In this document: positions 20,001-29,413 of the stretch, in pieces
How positions within the stretch are numbered: the first letter of the stretch is position 1
How the letters are laid out: every line of letters starts with the position of its first letter
Origin: a virus
Direction: 5' to 3' (one strand)
Length of the DNA: 64,000 nt
Virus record (IMG/VR): IMGVR_UViG_3300031911_000002
Location: 11,956 to 75,955 of that record
Position numbers and translations under genes: made by a program
Notes under the pieces: model-generated
Told to the model about the DNA's origin: nothing
The model's database searches: none
The model's input: only the letters and a program-made list of their open reading frames with translations

Positions 20001-20426
20001 CTGATGCAGGTGATCGGCCCGACGTTCCGTTCGTATGCGGGCAAGTACCGCAAGACGGGCCCGTTCCTGTACGGCGTGTCCGTCAATCCGGCCGCCAACA
20101 TCTACTCCTCGATGCGGTACGCGCTGGCGGCCTACGGCTCCCTGCCCCGCGCCTACAACCGCAAGGGCGGGTACCGCAACGGGACCAACGGGACGGTCGG
20201 AGGCTGGCACCTGTTCGGGGAGGACGGCCCGGAGATGGGGTACAGCCCGGCAGGCTGGCGCGTCCTCAACGCGCGCCGGACGGCCGCTCTGGCGACCGGG
20301 GGCGGAGGGCTTACCGTGGAGCGGCTCGTCATCGAGAACCACGGGGTGATCGGCAGCCGCCAGGAGACCGAGGACTGGCTGGTGGAGTCGCTGACGTCGA
20401 TCAAGCGGAAGGGGAGGCTGCCCTAG
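17085..20426 (+). CDS. Tape measure protein with C-terminal lytic transglycosylase
   Basis: 1113 aa, Ala-rich, aromatic repeats; QESGGNP...WDSNW...GLMQVI SLT motif. Confidence 0.92.
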   Translation: MASILVATGFVRIESDTKPALKALKGFGSIAASALTTTLLPATALVATGIGAIGGALASAGAAAGAFGAAVIPQFQKITDANEKYKTAQEKSAKADQAKAYAQKVAKKFGVEYGASIKITSKMTDTAREEALKYNKALSESKTASNAARKAQDEYKAKMAEMTPATRATAKEFLGLKDDFERWSDSLSGATMPIFTRALQGVRRLLPSLTPFVRSAAGAIQGFMDTLGEGSAGRIFREFGDNMRKNAGGALRDFLSFGKDMVAGILGILNAFAPFQERVGGGMAEMGQRFADWSANLGSSGGFQTFVQTAENAGPKLGDLFRSIAEAMGKISDSAGPLAGVGITIAGIFAQIIDAIPTPVLQVLVPAILAVNTAMKLYAIYSAAATAATWLFTTSVTTSTGVTYASRVVLVAHRISLVAHALASRIAAAATATFSLAMRVASGVMLAFRYGLVALRLGLVLTATGFRLLAIAIISNPIGLIIAGIALLVGAFILAYKKSETFRNIVNKAMEGVKNVAAAIGRWFAGPFVDFFKKAWDLYYKFLVRPFLWFYTEAVPAAAKFVWNIIVQYWNFIWGAAKTAWGLYYKFLVKPFLWFYLEAVPGAAKFVWNKIVQFWNLIVSGVRAAWGLYQRFVIRPIINFFTQTIPGAARALRDRVVGAWNGLRDRVSGVFTSIKNRVFSPIRTFFTQTIPGWARTLRDKVKGFFSDMRDGIGVIWNGIKNKAKSPINWVLRNVWNKGIVSVWGKIAGWIGIKNGLKTVKELAAGGTVGRSGMGIFNRPTAIVGEGNPAYPEYVIPTDPKYATRARGLWEAAGAHFMEDGGILGTLGKAASKVTGAATGAAKGVADFLGDPVGKAKKLLLASLSGMSKLGNSPWVKMATKLPRMAVDGLIKAVKDSAGDILGGIGSAVGLGSSGGSGVKRWAGVVQMMLRQVGQPAAYTGITLRRMNQESGGNPTIVNKWDSNWKAGHPSVGLMQVIGPTFRSYAGKYRKTGPFLYGVSVNPAANIYSSMRYALAAYGSLPRAYNRKGGYRNGTNGTVGGWHLFGEDGPEMGYSPAGWRVLNARRTAALATGGGGLTVERLVIENHGVIGSRQETEDWLVESLTSIKRKGRLP

Positions 20427-22814
20427 ATGGCCATCGCCTTCAAAGCTGCGGGCGCCCGGACCAAGCTGGACGTGGCCACGCTTCCTCCTGGCGGAGGGTC
20501 CACGAGCGTGAGCGTCGCGCTCCCGGCCGGACACGCCAGCGGGGACTGGCTCATCCTCGTCTACCTGGCGGACAACAACCTCAACCCGCCGACCCCCGCC
20601 GGGTGGACCCTGCTCGCTGTATCCAACCCCGCCCCGTCCACCCAGTCCCCGTACAAGGGGTACCCCCGCCTGATCGTCTGGCACCGGGTCGACAACGGGT
20701 CCCTGGGGGCATCGGTCAGCCTCTCCGTGAGCACACAGACGTGGCCCACCGGGGACCCGTACCTGATCGCGTTCACGGCCGCCTACACGGGCGTGGACAC
20801 CACGGGTCCGATCGATACCTGGTCGCAGTCCTCCACGGTCTCGACCGACGCGGCGTTCGCGCACCCGCAGCTCACCACGGCGGTGAACCAGGACTGGCTC
20901 CTGACCGTCCGGGCGGGCAGCTCTGGCGACACGGCGCAGACGTTCACGATCTCGGGCGGCACCAACTCCGAACGCGTTGACGACAATGACGGGTTCGGCG
21001 AGCTGGGTGCGGCCCTGTACGACTCGAACGGGGGCCTGGCGCCGGGGCTCCAGACCCAGCGCACCACGACGTCCAGCGATGCGTTCCTGGAGTACGGGTC
21101 CGCAGGATTCTCCATCGCCCTCAAGCCCGCCTCCACGGCCACCGTGGTCAACGCGTCCGCCGGGACCGCGACGGCGGCCGGGACCGCGTACGACGCGACC
21201 GTGCAGGCCGTCTCGGGTCCCTGGGACCTGTGCTCCGTAGGAGGTCTGCCCCAGTACGCGTTCGAGGTGGACTGGGACGGCGACGGGTCGTTCAGCCCCG
21301 GCGACGACGTGACGCCCGACCTGATCTCCGAGGTCACCGCCACCTACGGCCGGGACCAGGAGCGTCAGCTCAACCCGGCGGCCGTGGGCTCATCGGCGTT
21401 CACGCTCAACAACTCCAACGGGACGTACTACCCGGACGACCCGTCCTCGCCCCTGTTCGGGGACCTCAACCCCGCCCGCGAGATGCGGGCACAGGTGCAG
21501 TACGACACCACCACGTACCCCATCGCGCGAGGCCGGATCGACGACTACGACCTGCGGGTGGACCGGGCCAACCGCACGGTGGAGTTCACGTTCCTGGACG
21601 GGCTCAACGATCTCCAGGGCGTGAAGCTGTCGACCGGGGTCTACACAGCCATGCGGACCGGCGCGCTCATCGACACGATCCTGGACCTGGCCGGATGGAC
21701 CGGCGGCCGGGACATCGACCTCGGGGCCACCGTGGTCCCGTACTGGTGGGCGGAGGGCACGGACGCGTTCGCCGCGATCAATGAGCTGGTGAAGTCGGAG
21801 GGCCCGCCGTCCATCGCCTACGTCGGCCCGGACAACACCTTCATCTTCCGGGACCGGCACCACCGGCTGCTGCGGACGGAGTCGGTCAGCGTCCAGGCGG
21901 AGTTCTCCGCACAGGCCGTGGGCTGTGACTCCCCCGCGTCGACCGGCCTGGACTTCACGGCGCCCTTCACCTACGCCCACGGCTGGAGGGACATCATCAA
22001 CTCCGTCTCGTTCGACGTGCCGGAGCGGATCGTCAGCGGGGACCTGGAGGACGTCTGGACGTCGGAGGACACGATCTCCCTCGGCATCGGCCAGAGCACG
22101 GAGATCGCAATCTCCACGTCGGATCCGTTCGTGGACGCCGTCACCCCAGTGTCCGGGACGGACTACACGGTGTCCGGCGCCGGGACCCTGAACGTGGTCA
22201 TGTCCCGGACCTCCGGCCAGTCCGTGAAGATCACCCTCCTGGCTGTGGGCGGCGCCGTGGTCGTGTCGTCCCTGAAGCTGCGCGCCAAGCCGATCACCGT
22301 GACCAAAACGATCAAGGTCACCCGCCAGGACACCGGCTCGATCACCCTGCACGGCGAACGCGCCTACCCGGACGCGGCCCCGTGGGCGAACGCGAACGAC
22401 GCCGACGCCATCGCCGGAATGGTCCTGCTCCAGTACGCGCAGAGGCGCCCCACGGTGCAGCTGAGAGTGGTCTCCGAGAACCCGGAGCACTTTGTCCAGC
22501 TCCTCACCCGGACGGTCAGCGACCGCATCCACATCACGCACGGCGAGGCCAGTCTGGACGCGGACTTTTTCGTGGAGAGGGTCACCCACACGGTCCGGCG
22601 CATCAACCAGGACGGCAAGCCTCCCGTGCACGCCGTGGTCTTCGGCTGTGAGCGGGACCTCGTCTCCACGGCGAACCCTTTCCGGTTCGACGTCCGTGGC
22701 TCGGGATTCGACCAGGGCGTGTTCGATCCGATCACGGCAGATAATGCCTCGACCGTGTTCATCTTTGACCACCCCGCTCAGGGCGTGTTCGACACGGGCC
22801 TGTTCGGGACCTGA
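20427..22814 (+). CDS. Minor tail protein
   Basis: Follows tape measure; VDWDGDG, GRDQE, FRDRHHR tail-hub-like features. Confidence 0.8.
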   Translation: MAIAFKAAGARTKLDVATLPPGGGSTSVSVALPAGHASGDWLILVYLADNNLNPPTPAGWTLLAVSNPAPSTQSPYKGYPRLIVWHRVDNGSLGASVSLSVSTQTWPTGDPYLIAFTAAYTGVDTTGPIDTWSQSSTVSTDAAFAHPQLTTAVNQDWLLTVRAGSSGDTAQTFTISGGTNSERVDDNDGFGELGAALYDSNGGLAPGLQTQRTTTSSDAFLEYGSAGFSIALKPASTATVVNASAGTATAAGTAYDATVQAVSGPWDLCSVGGLPQYAFEVDWDGDGSFSPGDDVTPDLISEVTATYGRDQERQLNPAAVGSSAFTLNNSNGTYYPDDPSSPLFGDLNPAREMRAQVQYDTTTYPIARGRIDDYDLRVDRANRTVEFTFLDGLNDLQGVKLSTGVYTAMRTGALIDTILDLAGWTGGRDIDLGATVVPYWWAEGTDAFAAINELVKSEGPPSIAYVGPDNTFIFRDRHHRLLRTESVSVQAEFSAQAVGCDSPASTGLDFTAPFTYAHGWRDIINSVSFDVPERIVSGDLEDVWTSEDTISLGIGQSTEIAISTSDPFVDAVTPVSGTDYTVSGAGTLNVVMSRTSGQSVKITLLAVGGAVVVSSLKLRAKPITVTKTIKVTRQDTGSITLHGERAYPDAAPWANANDADAIAGMVLLQYAQRRPTVQLRVVSENPEHFVQLLTRTVSDRIHITHGEASLDADFFVERVTHTVRRINQDGKPPVHAVVFGCERDLVSTANPFRFDVRGSGFDQGVFDPITADNASTVFIFDHPAQGVFDTGLFGT

Positions 22815-22823
22815 GGAGGGACC

Positions 22824-23183
22824 TTGTTCGAGACACCCAGCGAGGTGCAGACCGTCGCCCGCGCGTACGTCTACAGCGGCGAGTGGGTGGCCGACTGCCC
22901 CCGTAGCTGCGGCAACGTGGAGTTCCTGTATACCCCGTCCCGGATGAACGGGCCCCGTGACGTCCGGAGGCCGTTCTACCTGTGCTCCAACTGCGGGATC
23001 CAGTCGGGCATCGACTGGCCGGAGAGGGAGCACGAGATCATTCAGGTGCTCGCGCTCCGGCCGGTCCCCCAGACGCGGAACTGGTACCCGCAGGATCACC
23101 CGGTTGCCGTCAACTTCCGGATCCCCCACGGGCAGAGTGTGCGTGACCTGCTCGATGAGAACGAAGCGCACGGGGTGCACTGA
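22824..23183 (+). CDS. Hypothetical Zn-finger protein
   Basis: WVADCPRSCG and CSNC motifs; GAGGAGG RBS. Confidence 0.6.
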   Translation: MFETPSEVQTVARAYVYSGEWVADCPRSCGNVEFLYTPSRMNGPRDVRRPFYLCSNCGIQSGIDWPEREHEIIQVLALRPVPQTRNWYPQDHPVAVNFRIPHGQSVRDLLDENEAHGVH

Positions 23184-23722
23184 TGACCTGGTCCGCGCCC
23201 ATGACGGCGGTCGCCGGAGCGACCTTCACGGCCGCCGAGTTCAACCAGTACGTCCGGGACAACCTCAACGAAACGGCCCCGGCGAAAGCCACAGCCGCCT
23301 CCCAGCTGTTCGTCTCCACCGGGGCGAACGCGATCACGACCCGGTCCCCGAGCACCACGTCGATATCCACGAACGAGAACACCACGAGCACGAGCTACAC
23401 CGACCTGACGACACCGGGTCCGTCCCTGTCCGTCGCCTGCGGGACGATCGCGCTCGTCTACTTCGCCGCCAGCCAGGCCAACGACACGGCCAACTCAGCG
23501 TGCCTGTCCTCCGTGGAGGTGACCGGCGCGTCCTCGGTGTCCGCGTCCGACAGCTGGGCTCTGCTCTCCGACGGGGTACAGGCGGGCAACTTCGTGAGGT
23601 ACGGGATGTTCCATGTCTTCACGGGTCTCACCGCCGGGACGAACACCTTCACGATGAAGTACCGCGCCGGGTCGTCCACGGCCCGGTTCCAGAGGCGAGA
23701 GATCGCCGTCATCCCCCTGTGA
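23183..23722 (+). CDS. Minor tail/fibre protein, paralogue 1
   Basis: N-terminus TWSAPMTAVAG...FNQYVRDNLNETAP; Ser/Thr-rich. Confidence 0.7.
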   Translation: MTWSAPMTAVAGATFTAAEFNQYVRDNLNETAPAKATAASQLFVSTGANAITTRSPSTTSISTNENTTSTSYTDLTTPGPSLSVACGTIALVYFAASQANDTANSACLSSVEVTGASSVSASDSWALLSDGVQAGNFVRYGMFHVFTGLTAGTNTFTMKYRAGSSTARFQRREIAVIPL

Positions 23723-23729
23723 GGATCCC

Positions 23730-24026
23730 GTGGCCACCGTCAAGCAGTACGCGCTCCAGGTCTGGCGGACCCAGACCGCCGTGAGCCAGAAACTCGGGTA
23801 CGACCTGCGTCAGGCCGATCTGCCCCTGCGGGCATTCGCCGTCTCCGGGGCTGTGATCACCGGCTGCGTCCTGCGGATCCTGTTCCTCAAGGGGACCGCC
23901 ACGGACAACGAGATGAGCACCGTGTTCACCAACGCGCGGGACGCCGACTACCCGCAGCTCCCCTACGGGCCCCCGGTCATCGACGAGGACAACCTGGAGC
24001 CTCCGGACCCGGATCTGGGGTCCTGA
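23730..24026 (+). CDS. Hypothetical protein
   Basis: GAGGA RBS; coupled to the next gene. Confidence 0.6.
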   Translation: MATVKQYALQVWRTQTAVSQKLGYDLRQADLPLRAFAVSGAVITGCVLRILFLKGTATDNEMSTVFTNARDADYPQLPYGPPVIDEDNLEPPDPDLGS

Positions 24027-24598
24027 TGGCGTGGACAGCCCCGTTCACAGCGGTCGCCGGGTCCGTCTTCACGGCGGCGCAGTGGAACACCTTCATCCGG
24101 GACAACCTGGCCGAGACCATGCCGTCCCGAGCGACGTCCGCCGGGTCCTGGTTCGCCGCGTCCGACACGAACCGGATCGTCCAGCGCACCCCCGCGTCGA
24201 TCATCGACACCCAGTCCGTCGACTTCACGTCCACGTCGTTCGGGGACCCCGAGAACGAGAACTCCACGGAGCGCCCCTCCACCCCCGGCCCGGCCGTCAC
24301 GGTCCTGACGGGGGTACAGGCTCTGGTGGGGTACCGCGTCAACATCCGTAACGCGTCCGTCAGCGCCCGGTGCGAGGCCAGTTACGAGATCTCGGGGGAG
24401 ACGAGCGTGGAGACGTCCAAGACGAGGTCCATCGGCTACTCCGTGTCCAACTCCGCATCCGGCCTGAACCTGCGGGCCGGGTGGATGGACCTCGCGACGG
24501 AGCTGACTCCGGGCCTGAACACCTTCACCCTCAAGTACAACGTCAGCTCCGGATCCGGCGTGGTCAACGACCGGCGCCTGTTCGTCGTCCCGCTCTAA
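24026..24598 (+). CDS. Minor tail/fibre protein, paralogue 2
   Basis: AWTAPFTAVAG...WNTFIRDNLAETMP; LTPGLNTFTLKY. Confidence 0.7.
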   Translation: MAWTAPFTAVAGSVFTAAQWNTFIRDNLAETMPSRATSAGSWFAASDTNRIVQRTPASIIDTQSVDFTSTSFGDPENENSTERPSTPGPAVTVLTGVQALVGYRVNIRNASVSARCEASYEISGETSVETSKTRSIGYSVSNSASGLNLRAGWMDLATELTPGLNTFTLKYNVSSGSGVVNDRRLFVVPL

Positions 24599-24608
24599 GG
24601 AGACCGCC

Positions 24609-25160
24609 GTGGCCTGGACAGCCCCCATGACTGCCATTGCCGGAGCCGTGTTCCAGGCCGCGCAGTTCAACACCTACGTCCGCGACAACCTCAACGAGAC
24701 CGCACCGGCCAAGGCCACCACGCCCGGCTCCATCTTCGCCGTCTCGGGGACGAACCAGATCGCGGAGCGCATCCCCGGCGCCGCCATCGACACCGGCACC
24801 GCCACCTTCACGTCCACCACGTTCGCCGACCCGGCCACCGGCTCCGCCGGACCGTCCGTCACGGTCACGACAGGGGTGCAGGCGCTCGTCGGATACCGTT
24901 CCTACCTGGAGGTACCGTCCACGACGGCCCGTGTGGAGGCCAGCTACTCGATCTCCGGGGCGACCACGCGCGCGGCCTCCACGACACGGTCCGTCGGGTA
25001 TTCGGTGTCCAACAGCGTCAACGGCCTCAAGACCCGGACCGGCGTGGTGGACCTGGCCACGGGCCTCACGCCCGGATCGAACACGTTCAAGCTGGAGTAC
25101 AACGTCAGTTCCGGGACCGGCACGGCCGCCGACCGGAGGCTGTGGGTGCTCCCCCTGTGA
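24609..25160 (+). CDS. Minor tail/fibre protein, paralogue 3
   Basis: AWTAPMTAIAG...FNTYVRDNLNETAP; LTPGSNTFKLEY. Confidence 0.7.
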   Translation: MAWTAPMTAIAGAVFQAAQFNTYVRDNLNETAPAKATTPGSIFAVSGTNQIAERIPGAAIDTGTATFTSTTFADPATGSAGPSVTVTTGVQALVGYRSYLEVPSTTARVEASYSISGATTRAASTTRSVGYSVSNSVNGLKTRTGVVDLATGLTPGSNTFKLEYNVSSGTGTAADRRLWVLPL

Positions 25161-25169
25161 GAGGGACGT

Positions 25170-25481
25170 ATGGACTACACAGCGATGCTCACTCCGTCCC
25201 TCGGGGCCGGGGGCCTGCTCGCCGTCGTCATCTACATGATCTTCACGGGGAGGCTCGTCCCCCGGAGTCAGGTCGACGACATGCGCGCCGACAAGGACCG
25301 TCAGATAGACCTGTGGAAAGCTGCGTACGACAAGGCCATCGAGGGCCAGGAAGTACAGCGGGACCACATCACGGCCCTCATGGAGGCGAACCGGACGACC
25401 ACCCGCGTCATACAGGCGCTGCCGGTGGGAGCAATGAACGAAAGGGGGCCTCATGCCCTGGCTGAGGCGGAGGAGGAGTGA
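25170..25481 (+). CDS. Membrane protein of the lysis cassette
   Basis: N-terminal TM segment, TGRLVP, coiled coil. Confidence 0.65.
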   Translation: MDYTAMLTPSLGAGGLLAVVIYMIFTGRLVPRSQVDDMRADKDRQIDLWKAAYDKAIEGQEVQRDHITALMEANRTTTRVIQALPVGAMNERGPHALAEAEEE

Positions 25482-25668
25482 GCGTCTCCCGGCCGCGACC
25501 GCCGGGCAGGCCGAGGCGTCCAAGGCGCTCGGCAAGGCTGAGGAGTCCCTGGAGGACGCTCAGGACGCCGGTCGTGAGATCATGGCGGCCGTACGGAGGC
25601 TGAAGCGCCTGGGAGACGACAACGACTTCGCCGCGCGGATCTCCAGAGCGATGGGAGGCTCCCCGTGA
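25453..25668 (+). CDS. Hypothetical lysis-region protein
   Basis: Overlaps both neighbours; ends NDFAARISRAMGG. Confidence 0.6.
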   Translation: MPWLRRRRSERLPAATAGQAEASKALGKAEESLEDAQDAGREIMAAVRRLKRLGDDNDFAARISRAMGGSP

Positions 25669-25982
25669 CCTGGTTCGAAATCCTGTACCTCTGCTTCGGC
25701 ACGTTCGTGACGGCGTCCGGGGTGGCCATGATCTCGGTCTACTCCGCGACCTATGCGTGGTGGAGGAACCACGTCGGCCGGATGATGGTGACGTACGCCG
25801 GGGCCGAGGTGCTGATGTCGCTCCTGCTCCTCCTCACGGTCGTCGGGCACGTGAGCCCGCTGTGGTTCCGGGCCGTGTGGTTCGGGCTCCAGGCGGCCGT
25901 GGGCGGGGCATTCTGTTTCCAGACAGTCCTGCTCGTCAGGCTGCACCGGCAGCGCCGGGACCGAGAGAGGAGCGCGGCATGA
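25665..25982 (+). CDS. Putative holin
   Basis: Three TM segments and a basic C-terminus; directly upstream of the endolysin. Confidence 0.6.
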   Translation: MTWFEILYLCFGTFVTASGVAMISVYSATYAWWRNHVGRMMVTYAGAEVLMSLLLLLTVVGHVSPLWFRAVWFGLQAAVGGAFCFQTVLLVRLHRQRRDRERSAA

Positions 25983-26878
25983 GCTGGTGCCCGTTCGCCA
26001 AGAAGATGGAGTTGCAGCCGGAGTCCGACGCTCAGGCCGCGATCCAGCCCACGCAGTTCATCGCCCACAGCATCGCCGCTCCGTGGACCGTCGAGCGGCT
26101 GTATCAGTACTGGCGGGACAGCACGAACCTAGAAAGTCATTTCGGCCTTGGGTATGACGGCCGCCTGGCGCAGTACATCGGGACCAACACACGGGCCGAC
26201 GCCAACGCGCAGGCGAACCCGAGGGCCATCAGCCTGGAGTCGGCCGCCAACACGTCCAACTCGGATCCCTGGACGGATGCGCAGATCAACACCCTGGTCC
26301 GGGCCATGGACTGGGCCGCCGAGGAGCACGGCATCCCCCGGCGCAAGTGCCGGAGCTGGACCGACCCCGGATTCGGCTACCACAAGATGTTCCCCGAGTG
26401 GTCCACCGGGGGCACAGCTTGTCCGGGTCCGATCCGGACCGAGCAGTTCAACGACATCGTCCTGCCGCGACTGATCGCCGGGGACGTGGGAGGAGACGAG
26501 GACGTGGCACTCACCGACGCCGACGTGACCAAGGTCGCGGACGCCGTGGTCAAGAAGCTCATCGCCGGGGGAGGCGTCCTGGAGGGGTCCGACATCGAGC
26601 GGATCTTCACCACGGACGGTCTGCTCAAGGCGCCGCCGGACGCGGAGACCGCCGAGACGAACCCGTTCTGGACGTTCGCGTCCCACGTGCAGGCGCAGAC
26701 CACGACCGGCCGCGCCACGGCCAAGGACGTGGACGACATCCTCGCGCAGGTGCGCGCGAACGGCGAGGCCCTCACGGCGATCCGAGCCACCCTGGGTGCG
26801 ATCGATCTGTCCCGGCTCCCGGCCGACATCGCCGACAAGCTGAACGGCCTCGCCTTCCGGCTGGAGGGCCCCCAGTGA
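25979..26878 (+). CDS. Endolysin, N-acetylmuramoyl-L-alanine amidase
   Basis: FIAHS, SHF, AISLES, GYHK, TACPG Zn-amidase motifs. Confidence 0.85.
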   Translation: MSWCPFAKKMELQPESDAQAAIQPTQFIAHSIAAPWTVERLYQYWRDSTNLESHFGLGYDGRLAQYIGTNTRADANAQANPRAISLESAANTSNSDPWTDAQINTLVRAMDWAAEEHGIPRRKCRSWTDPGFGYHKMFPEWSTGGTACPGPIRTEQFNDIVLPRLIAGDVGGDEDVALTDADVTKVADAVVKKLIAGGGVLEGSDIERIFTTDGLLKAPPDAETAETNPFWTFASHVQAQTTTGRATAKDVDDILAQVRANGEALTAIRATLGAIDLSRLPADIADKLNGLAFRLEGPQ

Positions 26879-27087
26879 GCGCCGCCGCACAGATCAGGGA
26901 GATGGTGGAGTCCGTGGTCCGCGCCCTCACGGGCGAGACGGACCGGAGACTGGACGCCCTGGAAAAGGACGTGGCCGACCTGAAGGACCGGCTGAGCCCT
27001 CCGGAAAAGGCGGCGCGGGCGCAGACCGCCAGGGGCTCCGGCTCCGCGTCCCGGCCCCGCACCGTGAAGGATCCGGGCACGCCGTGA
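26875..27087 (+). CDS. Hypothetical coiled-coil protein
   Basis: GTGA overlaps at both ends. Confidence 0.55.
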   Translation: MSAAAQIREMVESVVRALTGETDRRLDALEKDVADLKDRLSPPEKAARAQTARGSGSASRPRTVKDPGTP

Positions 27088-28181
27088 GGATCAAGGTCTA
27101 TCCGGCCGACACGACCGGATGCGGACACTTCAGGCTGATCTGGCCCGTGGAGGCGCTGCGTGCCTCCGGCGCGCTCCCGGACGACGTCACGGTGGAGGTC
27201 CGGCCGCCGACCGAGCGCGACCTCAAGCTGCGCATGGAGGGGGAGCGCGTGGTGGAGGTCGTGGACGCGGACCCGGACGCCGTCTACGTGTTCCAGCGCC
27301 TGACTCACTCGTGGATGGCGCAGTGCGTCCCGCTCCTGAGGGAGGCCGGGGCCGCCGTCGTGGTCGACATCGACGACCACCTGGGGTCGATCCACCCGAG
27401 CAACCCGGCGTACGAGGCACTGCACCCCCGCAACAGCGGGACGTGGGACCCCGTCAAGCGGGAGGTCACCCGGCACAGCTGGCTGCACCTACAGCAGGCG
27501 TGCCGGGACGCGACCCTCGTGACGGTCTCCACCCCGGCCCTGCTCGCCCGGTACGCCTCCCACGGGCGAGGCCAGGTGCTGTTCAACTACCTGCCGGACA
27601 TCTACTTCGGCGTGCCCCACGAGGACTCCGCCGTCGTGGGCTGGCCCGCGTCCCTGCACTCCCACCCGGACGACCCGTCGGCTGTAGGGGGTGCCGTCGC
27701 GCGCCTCGTGGCCGCAGGGGAGGCTTTCAGGGTGGTGGGTGACCCGATAGGTGTCGGGGCCGCTTTCGGGCTGCGAGAGGACCCACAGGGAGCTTCGGGC
27801 CCCGTAGGGGTTGCACAGTGGCCCGCAGCGGTCGCGGAGCTGGGGGTGGGGATCGCACCTCTGGCGGACACCCGCTTCAACGCCTGCAAGTCGTGGCTCA
27901 AGCCTCTGGAGCTGAGTGCGCTCGGGGTCCCGTGGGTCGCGTCCCCGCGCGCGGAGTACGAGCGGCTGCACCGCCGGGGCGCCGGAGTCCTCGCCGACAC
28001 CCCCCGGCGCTGGCACCGGGAACTGACCCGTCTCACGCAAAATGCCCGCTTCCGCCAGGAGCTGGCGGAAGCGGGCAGGGGGGTGGCCGAGGGTCTCAGG
28101 CTCCGGGAGCACTCCTGGCGGTGGCTGGAGGCGTGGAGCCGGGCCCGCGATCTCCAGCGGTCTCAGGCGGTCGCCGTCTGA
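27084..28181 (+). CDS. Glycosyltransferase (GT-B)
   Basis: GCGHFRLIWP, VDIDD, VTVSTPAL, GIAPL..TRFNACKSWLKPLE...GVPWVAS. Confidence 0.85.
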   Translation: MRIKVYPADTTGCGHFRLIWPVEALRASGALPDDVTVEVRPPTERDLKLRMEGERVVEVVDADPDAVYVFQRLTHSWMAQCVPLLREAGAAVVVDIDDHLGSIHPSNPAYEALHPRNSGTWDPVKREVTRHSWLHLQQACRDATLVTVSTPALLARYASHGRGQVLFNYLPDIYFGVPHEDSAVVGWPASLHSHPDDPSAVGGAVARLVAAGEAFRVVGDPIGVGAAFGLREDPQGASGPVGVAQWPAAVAELGVGIAPLADTRFNACKSWLKPLELSALGVPWVASPRAEYERLHRRGAGVLADTPRRWHRELTRLTQNARFRQELAEAGRGVAEGLRLREHSWRWLEAWSRARDLQRSQAVAV

Positions 28182-28378
28182 GGGAGCTGAAGGCGGTCGA
28201 TCACCTCCAGCTCCGCGAGGATCTCGTCCACCCGGTTCGCCAGCGCATCGCACTGGCGGGTCAGGGTGGCCCGGTCGTAGGTGCTGAAGTCGCGGTCCCG
28301 GATCTCCCGGCGCTTGTGCGCGAGGTCATCCTGGAGCCGGTGCGCGTGCTCCCTCAGTTCGGCCACGGTCAGTGTCAT
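28163..28378 (-). CDS. Hypothetical coiled-coil protein
   Basis: GAGGAG RBS; MTLTVAELREH... Confidence 0.55.
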   Translation of the reverse strand: MTLTVAELREHAHRLQDDLAHKRREIRDRDFSTYDRATLTRQCDALANRVDEILAELEVIDRLQLPQTATA

Positions 28379-28754
28379 CCGGTCGCTCCTCAGGCTCCGG
28401 GGTTTTCCGGGCGGCCGACGTCCAGGACACCCCACATGCCTGGCATATCTCGTGACCGTCCGGCGTGATGACGAGCGTCTTGCTCTTGCATACCGGGCAT
28501 CGCGCGCGCTCCCGCGCGTACCCGAGGAGGCGCCGCTCCACGGTGTCCGTCCCGCCCCAGTAGCCGGACATCCGGTACAGCAGGGCGTACGCAAGGCACT
28601 CCGCCCGGACCGGGCAGGCATTGCACCAGCCGGTCCGGGCGGTCTCCTTTCCTGAACGGGTCTCCACGTTCGGCGTGAAGTCGAACGGGGCCCCGTTGCA
28701 GTTCGCGTCCCTCTGCCAGCCGACGTCGGCGGCGCGAAACGCATCCTGGGGCAC
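28326..28754 (-). CDS. WhiB-family transcription factor with C-terminal Zn ribbon
   Basis: WQRDANC...CNACPVRAECL...GYWGG; then CPVC...CQAC. Confidence 0.85.
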   Translation of the reverse strand: MPQDAFRAADVGWQRDANCNGAPFDFTPNVETRSGKETARTGWCNACPVRAECLAYALLYRMSGYWGGTDTVERRLLGYARERARCPVCKSKTLVITPDGHEICQACGVSWTSAARKTPEPEERPDDTDRGRTEGARAPAPG

Positions 28755-28849
28755 CCAGCCTCCCTCTCATCAGCGGTGTTGTCTCTGTCCTCAACGATCC
28801 ACCCCGATTGAGAGAAAGTCACTAGGTGCCCCAGGGGTCTACAGGCCGG

Positions 28850-29413
28850 TCACGGGTGCGACCGGCCGCTCCAGTGCGGCCCCGGTGTGTAGTGCATCGC
28901 GTCCCCGGTGACACCCTCGTACGCGGACCGACGGCCGACGACGTCCCCCGGCCGGACGCCGTCCACCCCGCCGGAGCGGGCCCGGAGCGTCCGGCCGTAG
29001 ACCTCAGCGTTGCCGGGGACGCGGATGACCTCCCGGTGGCGGCCGGGGCCGCGCCGGTAGTCGCCCTGGCGCCGCAGGTGCGCCTCCCAAGCCTCCAGGC
29101 ACGCGTACTGGTGCTGGCCCGTGGTCGGCGAGTAGCCGACGTCCGGGACGTGGAACCAGTGGTCGGCCCCTCGCCCCGCGTCGTCCTCGACGGCCCACGC
29201 GATCGGCGTGCTGTAGCTGTAGACCACGTACACGGCCGACCGGGCGGAGGCGTGGAACCGAGCGGGCAGGTGCCCCAGTTCCACGGCCGGACCGGAGTGA
29301 GCGGACCACAGCCGCGTCCCGTCCGGCAGCTTGCCGGTGGACAGGAACGGCCGCAGCTCCGCGATCAGTCCGGGGATCTCCGCGTTGCGGTACGTCGTGC
29401 GCGTCCTGCTCAC
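28850..29413 (-). CDS. Hypothetical protein (paralogue of 30041-30862)
   Basis: YVVYSYSTPIAW...PDVGYSPTT..HQ. Confidence 0.7.
   Translation of the reverse strand: MSRTRTTYRNAEIPGLIAELRPFLSTGKLPDGTRLWSAHSGPAVELGHLPARFHASARSAVYVVYSYSTPIAWAVEDDAGRGADHWFHVPDVGYSPTTGQHQYACLEAWEAHLRRQGDYRRGPGRHREVIRVPGNAEVYGRTLRARSGGVDGVRPGDVVGRRSAYEGVTGDAMHYTPGPHWSGRSHP

Noticed and set aside
16995-20864. Long antisense ORFs (also 10229-13432, 61518-63902, 44154-46253)
   Set aside because: Shadow ORFs typical of high-GC DNA, opposite well-supported genes.
27680-27870. Patches of atypical codon usage (also about 5900-6030 and 26125-26160)
   Set aside because: Frames stay intact and no overlapping element could be identified by eye.
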